Of a stretch of 64,000 bases of DNA, positions 11,597 to 21,383 are shown one piece after another (position 1 is the first letter of the stretch; each line of letters opens with the position of its first letter). The notes beneath the pieces are model-generated. The model was not told the origin of the DNA, ran no database searches, and saw nothing but the letters and a program-made list of their open reading frames with translations. Position numbers and translations under genes: made by a program. Location: NCBI GenBank assembly GCA_964641155.1, contig CAZXJO010000001.1, forward strand, positions 313,595-377,594, in the 5' to 3' direction. The DNA is from an uncultured Desulfurococcaceae archaeon. GTDB taxonomy: Archaea; Thermoproteota; Thermoprotei_A; Sulfolobales; NBVN01.

Positions 11597-13738
11597 TCAC
11601 TTGGTCGTCTTATACCTCCTTAAATTAACGAAGTATAGCGCTAGGTATATTAAGACAGCTATGGCGCTCACTAAGAAAGCTCCGAGTTTTAGCATCACGG
11701 CTGAGGCGTAAACTAAGACACTCAGTGAAGTAATTGCTATTCGCTGGGTCCTACCTAGTGGGCCTCCTAACCACCCCACAACACCTGAGCTTAGGAATAG
11801 CATTGTTAACACGAGGACTGAGACTCCGTTGATGAAGGAGGTTATGGTGGTTAGGTCCCATTGTTGCGCTGGCAGTATAAGCAACGATGGATTTGTGGCA
11901 AATACGTAGGGAACTAAGTAACCGGCTATGGCATAGGCAGATGCGTTAAATGCTGTCTTCCAAAAGTTTGACTTAGCTAATGCGGCCCCCGCATACGTTG
12001 CGAGAGCCACAGGCGGTGTGAGATCAGCTAGTATGCCGAAATAGAAGGCAAACATGTGAGCAACTAGGAGCGCTGATTTAAACGGTAAGCTGCTCCATTC
12101 GGCGATAGCTCTTCCTAAGGCGACGCCTGAAATGGTCGTTGTGATTATGTAATTTGCCGTTGTGGGGACGCCCATGCCAAGTATGAGGCTTATGAACATA
12201 ACGCTTATCATTAGTAAGAATATGTTACCTCCCACGATATCTATTAACCTGTACCCTACTAACGTGGCCCAACCGGTCATAGTTAAAACCCCTTGAATCA
12301 TTCCAGCGATGGAGCCGGCTAGGAAGACTGAGGCCGAGGTCCTCAAAGCTGAGTTAAAGGCATCGATGACGTTGCTTACTAGTTCTTTTCCTCCCCTGAT
12401 CAAGGATCCGACAGCGATTGCAATCAGCAATGAGAGAACTCCTGAGAAGTATAATGAAGCGCTGACGGAGATCCCTGAGATGTAAGCCAGTAATGCGGCA
12501 GCAATGACCGCGGACATGTATATGATTTTAGAGCCTAAGGTGATGTGTGGCTTCGCAAACCATGCGGCAACTATTGCTGCGCCTAAGGACCCTGTAACAG
12601 CGTACTGAGGTTCTAGTCCCACGAGGAGGAGGTAGGTTATTAAAGGAATGGGCGCCAATAAGTAAATCTTACTAGCCAATTCCTTAAATGAGGGGAGTTT
12701 CTCGCCGCGGAGCGGTTTAATTCCCAATTTTTTTGTGACCCTATCCACGAATATGTATATTGATGCGAAATACGCTATTGCCGGAATCACGGCGGCAATT
12801 ATTATATCCCTATAAGGCCTCCCTAAGAACTCGGCCATTATGAATGCTGCAGCACCCATGATGGGAGGCATTAACTGTCCCCCAGTTGATGCAGCCGGCT
12901 CCACAGCGCCGGCTACCTCAGGTGGGTACCCAGCCCTCTTCATTAGTGGTATTGTAAAAGTACCTGTTGTTAGGACGTTAGCTACGGAACTCCCCGAAAT
13001 GGTACCTAGGAAAGCGCTTGCGAGTACTGCCGTCTTGGCCGGACCTCCGGACCTGCCACCAACAGCACTCAATATTAGCTCGGTTATGTATTTCCCGACA
13101 TCCATCTTTTCAAGTATCGCCCCGAAGAAAATGAACGCAAAAACATACGAGGTCATCACGAAGAGGGGTATTGAGAATATACCCTCCCTAGAGTAATACA
13201 TGTGGTTGAGCAGTAATCTAAGGTTAAAGCCTTCATAGTAAAATCCCAAAAATATTATAACCGAGGCTATTACCGGTAACGCAATGCCTAAGGACCTCCT
13301 AGCAGCCTCGAATAAGAGTATGATAGCGATGACAGGCATTACGATCCTATCAGGAGTTAACTCAAGGTACCCTAACCTGATTATTTCGGGGTATGTGATG
13401 AATAAGTAGAAGAACGATATGAAGGCAAGGGATCCGAGGACATAATCATATACAGGAATCCTCTCCCCAATGCCCTTTCTTAGGGGTTTGATGGTGTAGA
13501 TGGCTACCAACAGAATACCCATTAGGAAAGCCATGCTTTGCTGGAGGTCTGGGGCGTAAAGAAGGATTAATATCTTAACCCCGATCTTCTCTAACATGCT
13601 GTAAAGCACGAAGTTAAAACCCATGACGACGAAGAATTCGTAAAGTGTGAAGATTGCGGCTAAGGCGAGGACGAATTTATGGGAAGCACCCTTCCTGGCC
13701 CTCTCAACAACTGCTAGAGCATCACTCATGGAGGACAC
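11597..13738 (-). CDS. TRAP transporter fused 4TM/12TM permease
   Basis: GTISGSSVANV, EPAASTGGQLMPPIMGAAAFIMAEF, GMGVPTTANY, ADLTPPVA motifs; many TM helices. Confidence 0.95.
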   Translation of the reverse strand: MSSMSDALAVVERARKGASHKFVLALAAIFTLYEFFVVMGFNFVLYSMLEKIGVKILILLYAPDLQQSMAFLMGILLVAIYTIKPLRKGIGERIPVYDYVLGSLAFISFFYLFITYPEIIRLGYLELTPDRIVMPVIAIILLFEAARRSLGIALPVIASVIIFLGFYYEGFNLRLLLNHMYYSREGIFSIPLFVMTSYVFAFIFFGAILEKMDVGKYITELILSAVGGRSGGPAKTAVLASAFLGTISGSSVANVLTTGTFTIPLMKRAGYPPEVAGAVEPAASTGGQLMPPIMGAAAFIMAEFLGRPYRDIIIAAVIPAIAYFASIYIFVDRVTKKLGIKPLRGEKLPSFKELASKIYLLAPIPLITYLLLVGLEPQYAVTGSLGAAIVAAWFAKPHITLGSKIIYMSAVIAAALLAYISGISVSASLYFSGVLSLLIAIAVGSLIRGGKELVSNVIDAFNSALRTSASVFLAGSIAGMIQGVLTMTGWATLVGYRLIDIVGGNIFLLMISVMFISLILGMGVPTTANYIITTTISGVALGRAIAEWSSLPFKSALLVAHMFAFYFGILADLTPPVALATYAGAALAKSNFWKTAFNASAYAIAGYLVPYVFATNPSLLILPAQQWDLTTITSFINGVSVLVLTMLFLSSGVVGWLGGPLGRTQRIAITSLSVLVYASAVMLKLGAFLVSAIAVLIYLALYFVNLRRYKTTK

Positions 13739-13762
13739 CCACTAAAATAAGCTATGTCTTGT

Positions 13763-14287
13763 TTATAAAAATAAAAGTGATTTTATAGCGAGTTCCAGCT
13801 TAGTTAATAAGTATTGAATTCCGGTGACTTCAACCACGCTCAGCTCAACCTCCCCACCATCTTTAATTTCGTACCCGTTTACAGTGAGTCTCCAATCCAT
13901 CATGAACTCCGTGTTTACCGTAAAATTCCTCTCCATGCAGTACTTAACATCAGTTACCACGTAATTACCTCCCCTCACTTCAACAACTCCGTTGAGGTGT
14001 TTGAGGTCCTCAAGGGAGGCTGGCGTCCCAGCCCCACCTACGGGCCATACTACCTCCCTAATGCATATCCGGTCGAGGCGTACTTCGTATACTTCACGTA
14101 CCTCAGTTGTGAGGTGGCTGTGTTTAAAAGTTAGCGTTATATTACTCACAGGCACTTCGAAGAAGAGCACCTCTCTATCATCGACAACAACTTTGAGGAC
14201 CTTAATAACTGTTGCATTAGCTAATGATACCAAGAAGACCGCGAAGAATATGAAAAACAGTGTTGGTTTACTTCCCAAAGGAATCAA
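13763..14287 (-). CDS. DUF1850-like accessory protein of TAXI-TRAP systems
   Basis: N-terminal TM, F.HS...V.E.Y and GAG.P motifs; lies between the TAXI and permease genes. Confidence 0.7.
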   Translation of the reverse strand: MIPLGSKPTLFFIFFAVFLVSLANATVIKVLKVVVDDREVLFFEVPVSNITLTFKHSHLTTEVREVYEVRLDRICIREVVWPVGGAGTPASLEDLKHLNGVVEVRGGNYVVTDVKYCMERNFTVNTEFMMDWRLTVNGYEIKDGGEVELSVVEVTGIQYLLTKLELAIKSLLFL

Positions 14288-15429
14288 GGCCGTAGGTCCT
14301 TCGGTATGCTCATACCTTTGCTTTCGTAGAACTTTATAGCTCCGGGATGTAGTGGCACACTCATACCCTTCAGGGCTTTATCTAGGGAGATCTCCTCAGC
14401 CCTGGCATGAGCCTTCTTTAACTCGTCTAGGTGGTCGAAGATCACCTCCAAGAACTTACTTACGATATCCTCAGGGATGTCACTCCTGGCGGCGACTATG
14501 GCCATAACTGCAAGCGTTTTTGCGTCTTCTGGCTGTCCTGGATAGGCCCCTGCCGGGATCACTCCTGACACGAAGAATTTATACTCCTGCATCAGCTTCT
14601 GAGCTACGTCATCAGGTATGCTGAGCAACTTAATAGGTGTTGTAGTACCTAGCTGTACGATTGCCGATGTACCTATCCCAGTACAGATAACTATCCCGTC
14701 CACCTGACCCAATTTGAGGGCTTCAGCCCCTTGGTTATAGTCTAAATACTGGGGTGTCAATTTATCCCATATCCCCGCACCCCTTAAGAGTATCTCAGCC
14801 TCAACGGCCGCACCACTTCCCGGGGCGCCGACAGCTACCCTCTTACCAGCGAGGTCGTAAAGGTTATTAATGCCGCTGTCAGCCCTTACTATTATGTGGA
14901 TGTATTCAGGGTATAGTGAGAGAACACCCCTTATGTTTGTTACGGCACTCCCGTTAAACATGTACACCCCTGCAATCGCGTAATAAGCTACGTCATTCTG
15001 GATCAATGCGAATTCAGCATCCTTAGCCCCTAGGGCTCGAGCATTAGACACCGAAGCACCACTAGTTACCGACGTAGCAGTTATGATCCCACCTGAGTAC
15101 TTGTTCATTAATTCAGCCATGGCCGACCCTAACGGGTAGTATACACCTCCCGTCCCGCCTGTGAATATCCTTATTCTGTAAGGGGTCGCCGGCGTAGTAG
15201 TTGGTGTTGGAGTCGGTGACGCAGTTACTGTAACAGTCCTAGTTACGGTGGTCGTCACGGTAACGGTAGCCCCTCCCGGAGCACCTGCTGTGACGGTCTG
15301 GGTAACCGTAGCCGTGACAGTCTTAGGAGGTGGAACGGCTGAAGAACCTGCAAAATAACCAGCAACACCCGCGACAACTATCAAGATGATGAGAATGCCT
15401 GTCAAAGACTTAGATAATTGGGCACCCAA
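14284..15429 (-). CDS. TAXI-family TRAP solute-binding protein with N-terminal membrane anchor and Thr/Pro-rich linker
   Basis: TGGTGGVYYP, TSGASVSN, LYPEYIHI, VAVGAPGSG, PLHPGA.KFY; TTG start. Confidence 0.95.
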   Translation of the reverse strand: MGAQLSKSLTGILIILIVVAGVAGYFAGSSAVPPPKTVTATVTQTVTAGAPGGATVTVTTTVTRTVTVTASPTPTPTTTPATPYRIRIFTGGTGGVYYPLGSAMAELMNKYSGGIITATSVTSGASVSNARALGAKDAEFALIQNDVAYYAIAGVYMFNGSAVTNIRGVLSLYPEYIHIIVRADSGINNLYDLAGKRVAVGAPGSGAAVEAEILLRGAGIWDKLTPQYLDYNQGAEALKLGQVDGIVICTGIGTSAIVQLGTTTPIKLLSIPDDVAQKLMQEYKFFVSGVIPAGAYPGQPEDAKTLAVMAIVAARSDIPEDIVSKFLEVIFDHLDELKKAHARAEEISLDKALKGMSVPLHPGAIKFYESKGMSIPKDLRP

Positions 15430-15662
15430 ACCCTAATACCTCCAGAGGTTCTTAACCATCACACTTTATAAACTTTTCATAATTCTAACAAACTCGAAGT
15501 GGTTGGTACATCAAACGATGTTTAACACCGTCGATCCCTTCAGTACCTCACCAACCTCGCGTTAGAAGTATCGTAAATGCACTCAACCTTTAACCATGAA
15601 GCACTGGAATTCCACATAACCCTACACACATCCCAATAAGCTCTATCGCACGAGGGTATCAC

Positions 15663-17066
15663 CTACGACGATGACTTCTGACACGATTCAACCCTCCCCC
15701 TCAGTAACTCAACCACTTTCTTGATGTGATTCTCTAACTCAGCTGAGGATATTACAATCACCTTCCCCTTCGTTACTATGCGTAAAACGTATTTGCTGCA
15801 CAACTTATCAGCACATACTGCACTGATGAAATGGTCTGCTAACAATTTGCTGAGTTTATTCATTTTAGGATCTACTCGACTGCCACATCTGACTACGCCA
15901 ATACCTTTCCGCTTTAGGTTGAGTAATTCATTGAATAATGTAACTGTGTAGTCCTGTAGGTCTTCTGAGTACTCCATACTGAATATAGATACGTCATGAA
16001 ATATTACGGCGGAAGGGTTAACTTCTTCAATTAGGGTGAGTTCTTTTGCCAGGCATTCAGTAGCACTGTATGCGGTTGGATTGATGGAAGCAACAACAAC
16101 TCTGTCGAGGACGTACTTAACCGTGACTTCGTCCGCACCATACAGACGGAGGCTCTCCTCGAGGAATGTCTTCACATGTTCCTCTGGGAAATTATACTCA
16201 ACAAACAATATCCTTCCATCATCACCGGCGATGTATGTTAAAACGGTGTACAGCAGTAGTGGTGAGAGCGATAGCTCAGGTGGGTAATCTATGTATACGG
16301 TTGAGGCGGGGCCTTCGGCCTCAACAACTTGCACTCCCATACTGTGAAATAGGAGTCTCCTCTTCTTAACGGCCTTAATCTCTGAGGGTATTGTCGGCGG
16401 GTAGAATTCCAGACCCTTCCCACTCCTAATTGAGAAAGGTATTTCCGCTACCGTGAGTTCATGACCTCTAACCTTTCTAACTTCCATATACCTCGTAACG
16501 AGCCCCCTAACAATCCTGCGTTTGAGTACTAGCACAGCATCCGCTACGAACTCCGACCCGCCAAGTCCTACGTGCTCTTGTTCGGGTGGTATTTCCGATA
16601 TTAGAACCACAGTCGCGTTCATCGATCTCTGAAGCTCCCAGAAATAGTTCTGAAGAAATACTCGCACCTTAGCGTCCTCCCTAAAGCTTTCAAGGACGGC
16701 CGTCACAGAATCTACGACGACCACTTTCGGCTTGAAATCCAATAAGATCTTTGATACCCCATCAAAGAGCTCCCGCACTACCTCCTCATTTCCCGGTACA
16801 GGAAACTTAACGAACCTAAACAATCCCCTATCCTCATAAAACTTAAGCTCTACACCAACATTGGCTAACTGATTGAATAACCTCTCCTTATCCTCCTGAA
16901 AGGATATGTAGAGAGACCTACAACCGTTTTGCAGTGCATGCACGCACATGAACGCTGATATAGTGGTCTTACCTGAACCCGGATGACCGGCTATTAACAC
17001 AAGCCCGCACTCCCTAACGAAGTCCCCGATCACGGTGACCAAGTAATCTATGCCTTGCACATCCAC
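15663..17066 (-). CDS. KaiC/RecA-superfamily ATPase; N-terminal domain intact, C-terminal half degenerate
   Basis: Walker A GHPGSGKT, SFQE, Walker B VVVDS, EFVADAV, KVRG (R-finger region). Confidence 0.85.
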   Translation of the reverse strand: MDVQGIDYLVTVIGDFVRECGLVLIAGHPGSGKTTISAFMCVHALQNGCRSLYISFQEDKERLFNQLANVGVELKFYEDRGLFRFVKFPVPGNEEVVRELFDGVSKILLDFKPKVVVVDSVTAVLESFREDAKVRVFLQNYFWELQRSMNATVVLISEIPPEQEHVGLGGSEFVADAVLVLKRRIVRGLVTRYMEVRKVRGHELTVAEIPFSIRSGKGLEFYPPTIPSEIKAVKKRRLLFHSMGVQVVEAEGPASTVYIDYPPELSLSPLLLYTVLTYIAGDDGRILFVEYNFPEEHVKTFLEESLRLYGADEVTVKYVLDRVVVASINPTAYSATECLAKELTLIEEVNPSAVIFHDVSIFSMEYSEDLQDYTVTLFNELLNLKRKGIGVVRCGSRVDPKMNKLSKLLADHFISAVCADKLCSKYVLRIVTKGKVIVISSAELENHIKKVVELLRGRVESCQKSSS

Positions 17067-17435
17067 GGACTAACACCAGTCGATTTTCAAACTAGGTAGA
17101 TAATTCAGAAAATATAAAAATTTACTTTTAAAAATAAGGAATGGACTGTCCGTATGTTTACTTATGTATATCTTCCCACCTCTCAATCCGCATCGTAAGA
17201 ACCTGAGTACGCCATAGGTCTGCCAGCAAGTGCTAATTGAGCTTCCCTGAGAAAGTTCTATTAACTTCCCTCCTTCAGGTATTGGGTTTATTGGAGTGTC
17301 TGGAGACGTATGATGTGTGGACGAACGCGGTACTTACTTTAAGTGTCTGGGTTGCCCTCAGGCACCACAAGTGGGTTAAGTTGTTAAATCAGGTTTATAT
17401 TAGTTGTACCTTATAGCCTCATGGTGATTTAGAAA

Positions 17436-18419
17436 ATGAGGGTGGGTATTTACGGTTTTGGGGCTATAGGGAGGCTTCTAGCTCTTACAGCTATTGAAAG
17501 GGGTCATGAAGTTGTAGGAGCTGTTGATGTAAGGGAGGACCTCGTCGGTAAGGACGTAGGTTCCGTATTGGGTGTAGGTAACTTAGGCACGTTCGTCAGC
17601 AATAGTGTCAGCTCATTAGCTGATGCTGATGTAGTCCTCCATGCTACGGGGTCCTTACTGGATAGAGTGTACGACCAGTTGATAAGCATTGTTAGGATGG
17701 GTCTCCCGGTGGTGTCTACGTGTGAGACCCTCTCATACCCTTACTACAGATACCCGGTCTTGGCGAGGGACTTGGATAGGTTGGCTAGGGACTACGGCTC
17801 AGCCGTCATCGGGGCAGGTGTTAATCCAGGTTACATATGGGATGCCTTAGTGGTTACGTTTGGTGCTATAGTCCCAGTCATCAGGAAAATAACTGCCGTC
17901 AGATCGTTTGACGCAGCTAGTAGGAGGGAGCCCTTTAGGAAGAAAGTGGGCTTAGGACTTAAACCTGAGGAATTCAGTAAAGCATTATCTGAGGGAAAAT
18001 TGACGGCCCACGTAGGGTATGCCGAGTCGATATATCTGATATGTAGTGCCGCAGGAGTGCAGCCAAGTAAGGTTATCGAGTTTCAAGAACCTGTCATAGC
18101 TCAGAGCAGGGTTGAATCGTCGGGCGTAGTCGTTGAGGGCGGTTACGTGGCAGGTATTAAAGGTGTTGGTGCAGGATACATAGGAGAGGAAGAGTTCATC
18201 AGGCTAGAATTCCTGGCGTATGTAGGTGCACCTGAATACGATGAGATCATCATAGAGGGTAAGGACCACGTGATTAGGTGGAGATGTACCGGTATTCAAG
18301 GAGATAGGGCCACAGCGTCGGCAGTCCTCAGCGTGGCTGAGAACGTGTATTCATTAACCCCGGGGCTACACTTAATAACCGAGTTAGTGCCTTTCAGAAT
18401 ACGAATGGCTAAGAGGTAA
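17436..18419 (+). CDS. NAD(P)-dependent oxidoreductase of the DapB-like/2,4-diaminopentanoate dehydrogenase (Ord) family
   Basis: Rossmann GFGAIG, DVVLHATGS, VVSTCE, G.GVNPG; substrate unknown. Confidence 0.75.
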   Translation: MRVGIYGFGAIGRLLALTAIERGHEVVGAVDVREDLVGKDVGSVLGVGNLGTFVSNSVSSLADADVVLHATGSLLDRVYDQLISIVRMGLPVVSTCETLSYPYYRYPVLARDLDRLARDYGSAVIGAGVNPGYIWDALVVTFGAIVPVIRKITAVRSFDAASRREPFRKKVGLGLKPEEFSKALSEGKLTAHVGYAESIYLICSAAGVQPSKVIEFQEPVIAQSRVESSGVVVEGGYVAGIKGVGAGYIGEEEFIRLEFLAYVGAPEYDEIIIEGKDHVIRWRCTGIQGDRATASAVLSVAENVYSLTPGLHLITELVPFRIRMAKR

Positions 18420-18548
18420 AAGATACAGATGAGGGCATTTACCTCCGAAAAGGAAATTGATTAAATGATAACTGTCCCAAGAGATACGTTTTTACGCGAC
18501 CTACGCACTTCATGGTCGTTCAGGGTTCTCGTCTGAGGGTGCCGGCCT

Positions 18549-19768
18549 TCAGAGCGAAGGTGAGGTCAGCACTTCTTTACATGTTTTTGCCAGTCGTTTA
18601 ATGCCTTCAACGATCTCCTCCTCACTCGGATATGAGAAGTTTAACCTCATAGCATTCTTAACACTTCTGTCTACATAGAAGGCCTCGCTCGGGACGTACA
18701 CTACACCGTTCTCTACTGCTCTGTCAAGCATGAGTGTTGTGTCTAACGTTCTTGGACCGGATACCCAGACAAACATACCTCCTTCAGGTTTAGTCCATTC
18801 AAATCCTTTAGGCATGTGTTCATCTAAGGCGTTTAACATCGCCTTTAACCTGGATTTGTAGAACGCCCTTATTTTAGGAATGTGTTGTTCTAAGTAACCC
18901 CTCCTAATGTACTCCGCAGCTACGTACTGGCAAAGGGTGCTGGTATGTAGGTCTCGGCGTTGTTTAACTATTTCGAATTTCCTGATGGTTTCAGGGTCTG
19001 CTACGACCCACCCTACCCTGAGCCCCGGTGCTAGGATTTTTGAGAAGCTACCGCAGTAGATGACCCTACCCTCAGAGTCCCAGTACTTTATCGGTGGGGG
19101 GCTCTCCCCAGAGTAGGTTAACTCGCGGTACGCATCGTCTTCTATGATGAGGAAGTCGTACATGCTGGCGAGTTCCAGGAGATACTTCCTCCTATCACTA
19201 CACATACTAACCCCTGTCGGGTTATGGAAAGTGGGCATAGTGTAAACAAGCTTTACCGCCCTCCCCTCGGCCTTCAACCCCTTAAGCACGCCTTCAAGAA
19301 CATCGACCAACATTCCGTCACCGTCGAGGGGGATTTGAAGGAATTTGGGGTCGTACTGTTCAAAGGCATCGATAGCGTTTGTATATGTTGGCGCTTCAAC
19401 AACCACGACATCCCCTGGATCTAGAAATACCGCCCCAGCTAGGTCAAGCGCCTGCGCAGAACCGGTCGTTATTAACACATCAATGTCTGATGAAGTGATT
19501 CCGTACCTCCTCCCAATAAAGCTCTTAACACCATCTATGAGTCCTGGAAACCCTTGAGTTGGTCCATACTGAAGGACTATGTCCTTATGTTCTTCAATGG
19601 CCTCAGCAACGAGTTCCTTAATAATTTTGACAGGGAAGGTGTCGGGGTGGGGTCTGCCCCCAGTTAGAGTGATGATGTCCCCCTACCAGGATACTTCTTC
19701 ACCAGCTCCCTAATCACTGACGGCCTCATTCTTAATACACTGCTAGAGAAATACCTCCTCTCAGACAC
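18549..19768 (-). pseudogene. PLP-dependent class I aminotransferase (aromatic/2-aminoadipate type) interrupted by a -1 frameshift at a G5 run
   Basis: GGAGGT SD then GTG at 19768 gives VSERRYFSSSVLRMRPSVIRELVKKYPGRG, which hits TAA at 19666-19664. The neighbouring frame continues DIITLTGGRPHPDTFP...ITTGSAQALD...PTFHNPTG...EDDAY...SFSKILAPGLRVG to the stop at 18549. Confidence 0.85.
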
Positions 19769-20050
19769 GGTAATACCTCCCTCAACCCCTCTGCCTACGT
19801 GTCTAACTTATGCCGAGCATTTATAAATTGATTACACCTCCTACAGGCAGTTCCGCTGCTTGAGGTATGTCGGAAACCCTACGCGGCCTACGCACCTCAA
19901 CAGCTGAGCTGTCATGGTAGACTCATCCCATAGTTTTCATCACCTTCAAACGAACACACGTCTAAGAGGCGATAACGGAGTGACCACATGATGTATTAAA
20001 AACAGTTGGTGTGAGTAGGTGTAGCTCTGAGTGTGGATGTGAATGTGTTC

Positions 20051-20458
20051 CTAAGCATCTCCCAGTGAGGCCTTTCTGTTAACCATCGTGGTTAATGTTT
20101 TATAGACGTATTCATCGATGAGTACGTCATTGCCGTTTACGAGTATCTTAAGGCCTTCGAAGGGGTTTATAGGTGGCTCCGGTAGGTTTGGGTCAGGTTT
20201 CTCCCTACCTACGTAGATCCATTTAATGTTTCCGCTGCGGCCTTTAACAATCCTGTACCAGTACCTGCCGAAGTAGAGGTACTTCATGTTTAGGTCCTTC
20301 TTAATCACGAAGTGTATGGGCTTTAGGTAGTAGCCGGTGTCCTTGATCAACGAGTTGTATTCGTAAATCCTACGTCTGTAGGGTAGGAATAACTCCATGA
20401 TTAGTTGGTAGCCATCCTTCAGCGTCACGTAGTTCTTAACCATAGTAGCCGTCCACAA
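20051..20458 (-). CDS. Hypothetical protein, aromatic/basic rich (possible nucleic-acid binding)
   Basis: Plausible composition; YFGRYWY...WIYVG beta-sheet pattern; co-oriented with neighbours. Confidence 0.6.
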   Translation of the reverse strand: MWTATMVKNYVTLKDGYQLIMELFLPYRRRIYEYNSLIKDTGYYLKPIHFVIKKDLNMKYLYFGRYWYRIVKGRSGNIKWIYVGREKPDPNLPEPPINPFEGLKILVNGNDVLIDEYVYKTLTTMVNRKASLGDA

Positions 20459-20485
20459 AAACTTGCTTATTGGTATTATAAGTGA

Positions 20486-20932
20486 CTATCCTTCATGCAT
20501 CCTGGAGAGTGAGAGCGCTTTCAACTTACCAAGCACTCTCTCGATTACTTCGTCCACGTATGCTTCCTTAATACCTTTACCTCTCAGCAAGTCTTTAATG
20601 TATGCCTCGACTAATGAGTAATTCTTAAATTCCTCATTGATCCTACGCCAGCTGATCCCCTTCAAAGCGATGCCTATCTCCTTGTCGTATGGTAGCAGAC
20701 CCTTAACCATTAAGAATGCGATGATAGGGTATCCGACGTAGTTCCTATAGAGGGTTCCGTTATCGTTGCTGTATGCCTCGCGGGTCGTCAAATCCACCCT
20801 AACTTTATACACCCTATCCCCCATTGATGAGGTTACCTCGGCTTCGTAATCACTTAACACTCTAACTCTACCATCGGCAACACACCCCAAAGCCTCTAAG
20901 ACCTTAACCCTGGGGGGCAGTTTTAGAAGCAT
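20486..20932 (-). CDS. Conserved hypothetical protein
   Basis: KVLEALG..ADGR...SS.G.R.Y.V...SNDNG...YPIIAFLM pattern; starts 2 nt after the gcvH stop. Confidence 0.7.
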   Translation of the reverse strand: MLLKLPPRVKVLEALGCVADGRVRVLSDYEAEVTSSMGDRVYKVRVDLTTREAYSNDNGTLYRNYVGYPIIAFLMVKGLLPYDKEIGIALKGISWRRINEEFKNYSLVEAYIKDLLRGKGIKEAYVDEVIERVLGKLKALSLSRMHEG

Positions 20933-20933
20933 C

Positions 20934-21371
20934 TCACTTCTCGCTGCTCACAATTTTACTCGCATATTCTTCAGGCTTTAGCAGTTCGTTAATTTCCTGA
21001 GGTCTTAACACCTCGAGCTTGAAGAGCCAGCCCTCATTATACGGGTCTGTGTTAATTAACTCCGGGTGGAGTGTTAAGGACTCGTTCACCTCCAAAACCT
21101 TACCGCTGAGAGGGGAGTACACATCACTCACAGCCTTCACCGACTCTATGATCGCGGCGCTCTCACCTTTACTGACGTACCTACCAATCTCAGGCAATTC
21201 CACGTTGACTATCTGCCTCAGTTTTTTCTGAGCGTAATCGCTCACACCGACCACAGCGATGCTACCCTCGACCCTAACCCACTCATCACTCTCACTGTAC
21301 CTTATGTTCTCCCCTACCTTTATCATGTACTCACCTAACGGCGTCTTAACAACCAAGTAGTCTCCAACCAT
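20934..21371 (-). CDS. gcvH: Glycine cleavage system H protein
   Basis: VGVSDYAQ, lipoyl-lysine IESVKAVSDVYSP, INTDPY.EGWL. Confidence 0.97.
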   Translation of the reverse strand: MVGDYLVVKTPLGEYMIKVGENIRYSESDEWVRVEGSIAVVGVSDYAQKKLRQIVNVELPEIGRYVSKGESAAIIESVKAVSDVYSPLSGKVLEVNESLTLHPELINTDPYNEGWLFKLEVLRPQEINELLKPEEYASKIVSSEK

Positions 21372-21383
21372 TGTTTTAGCACC

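Noticed and set aside
15190-15350. Thr/Pro/Val low-complexity repeat
   Set aside because: It is the ordinary linker of a membrane-anchored archaeal solute-binding protein.
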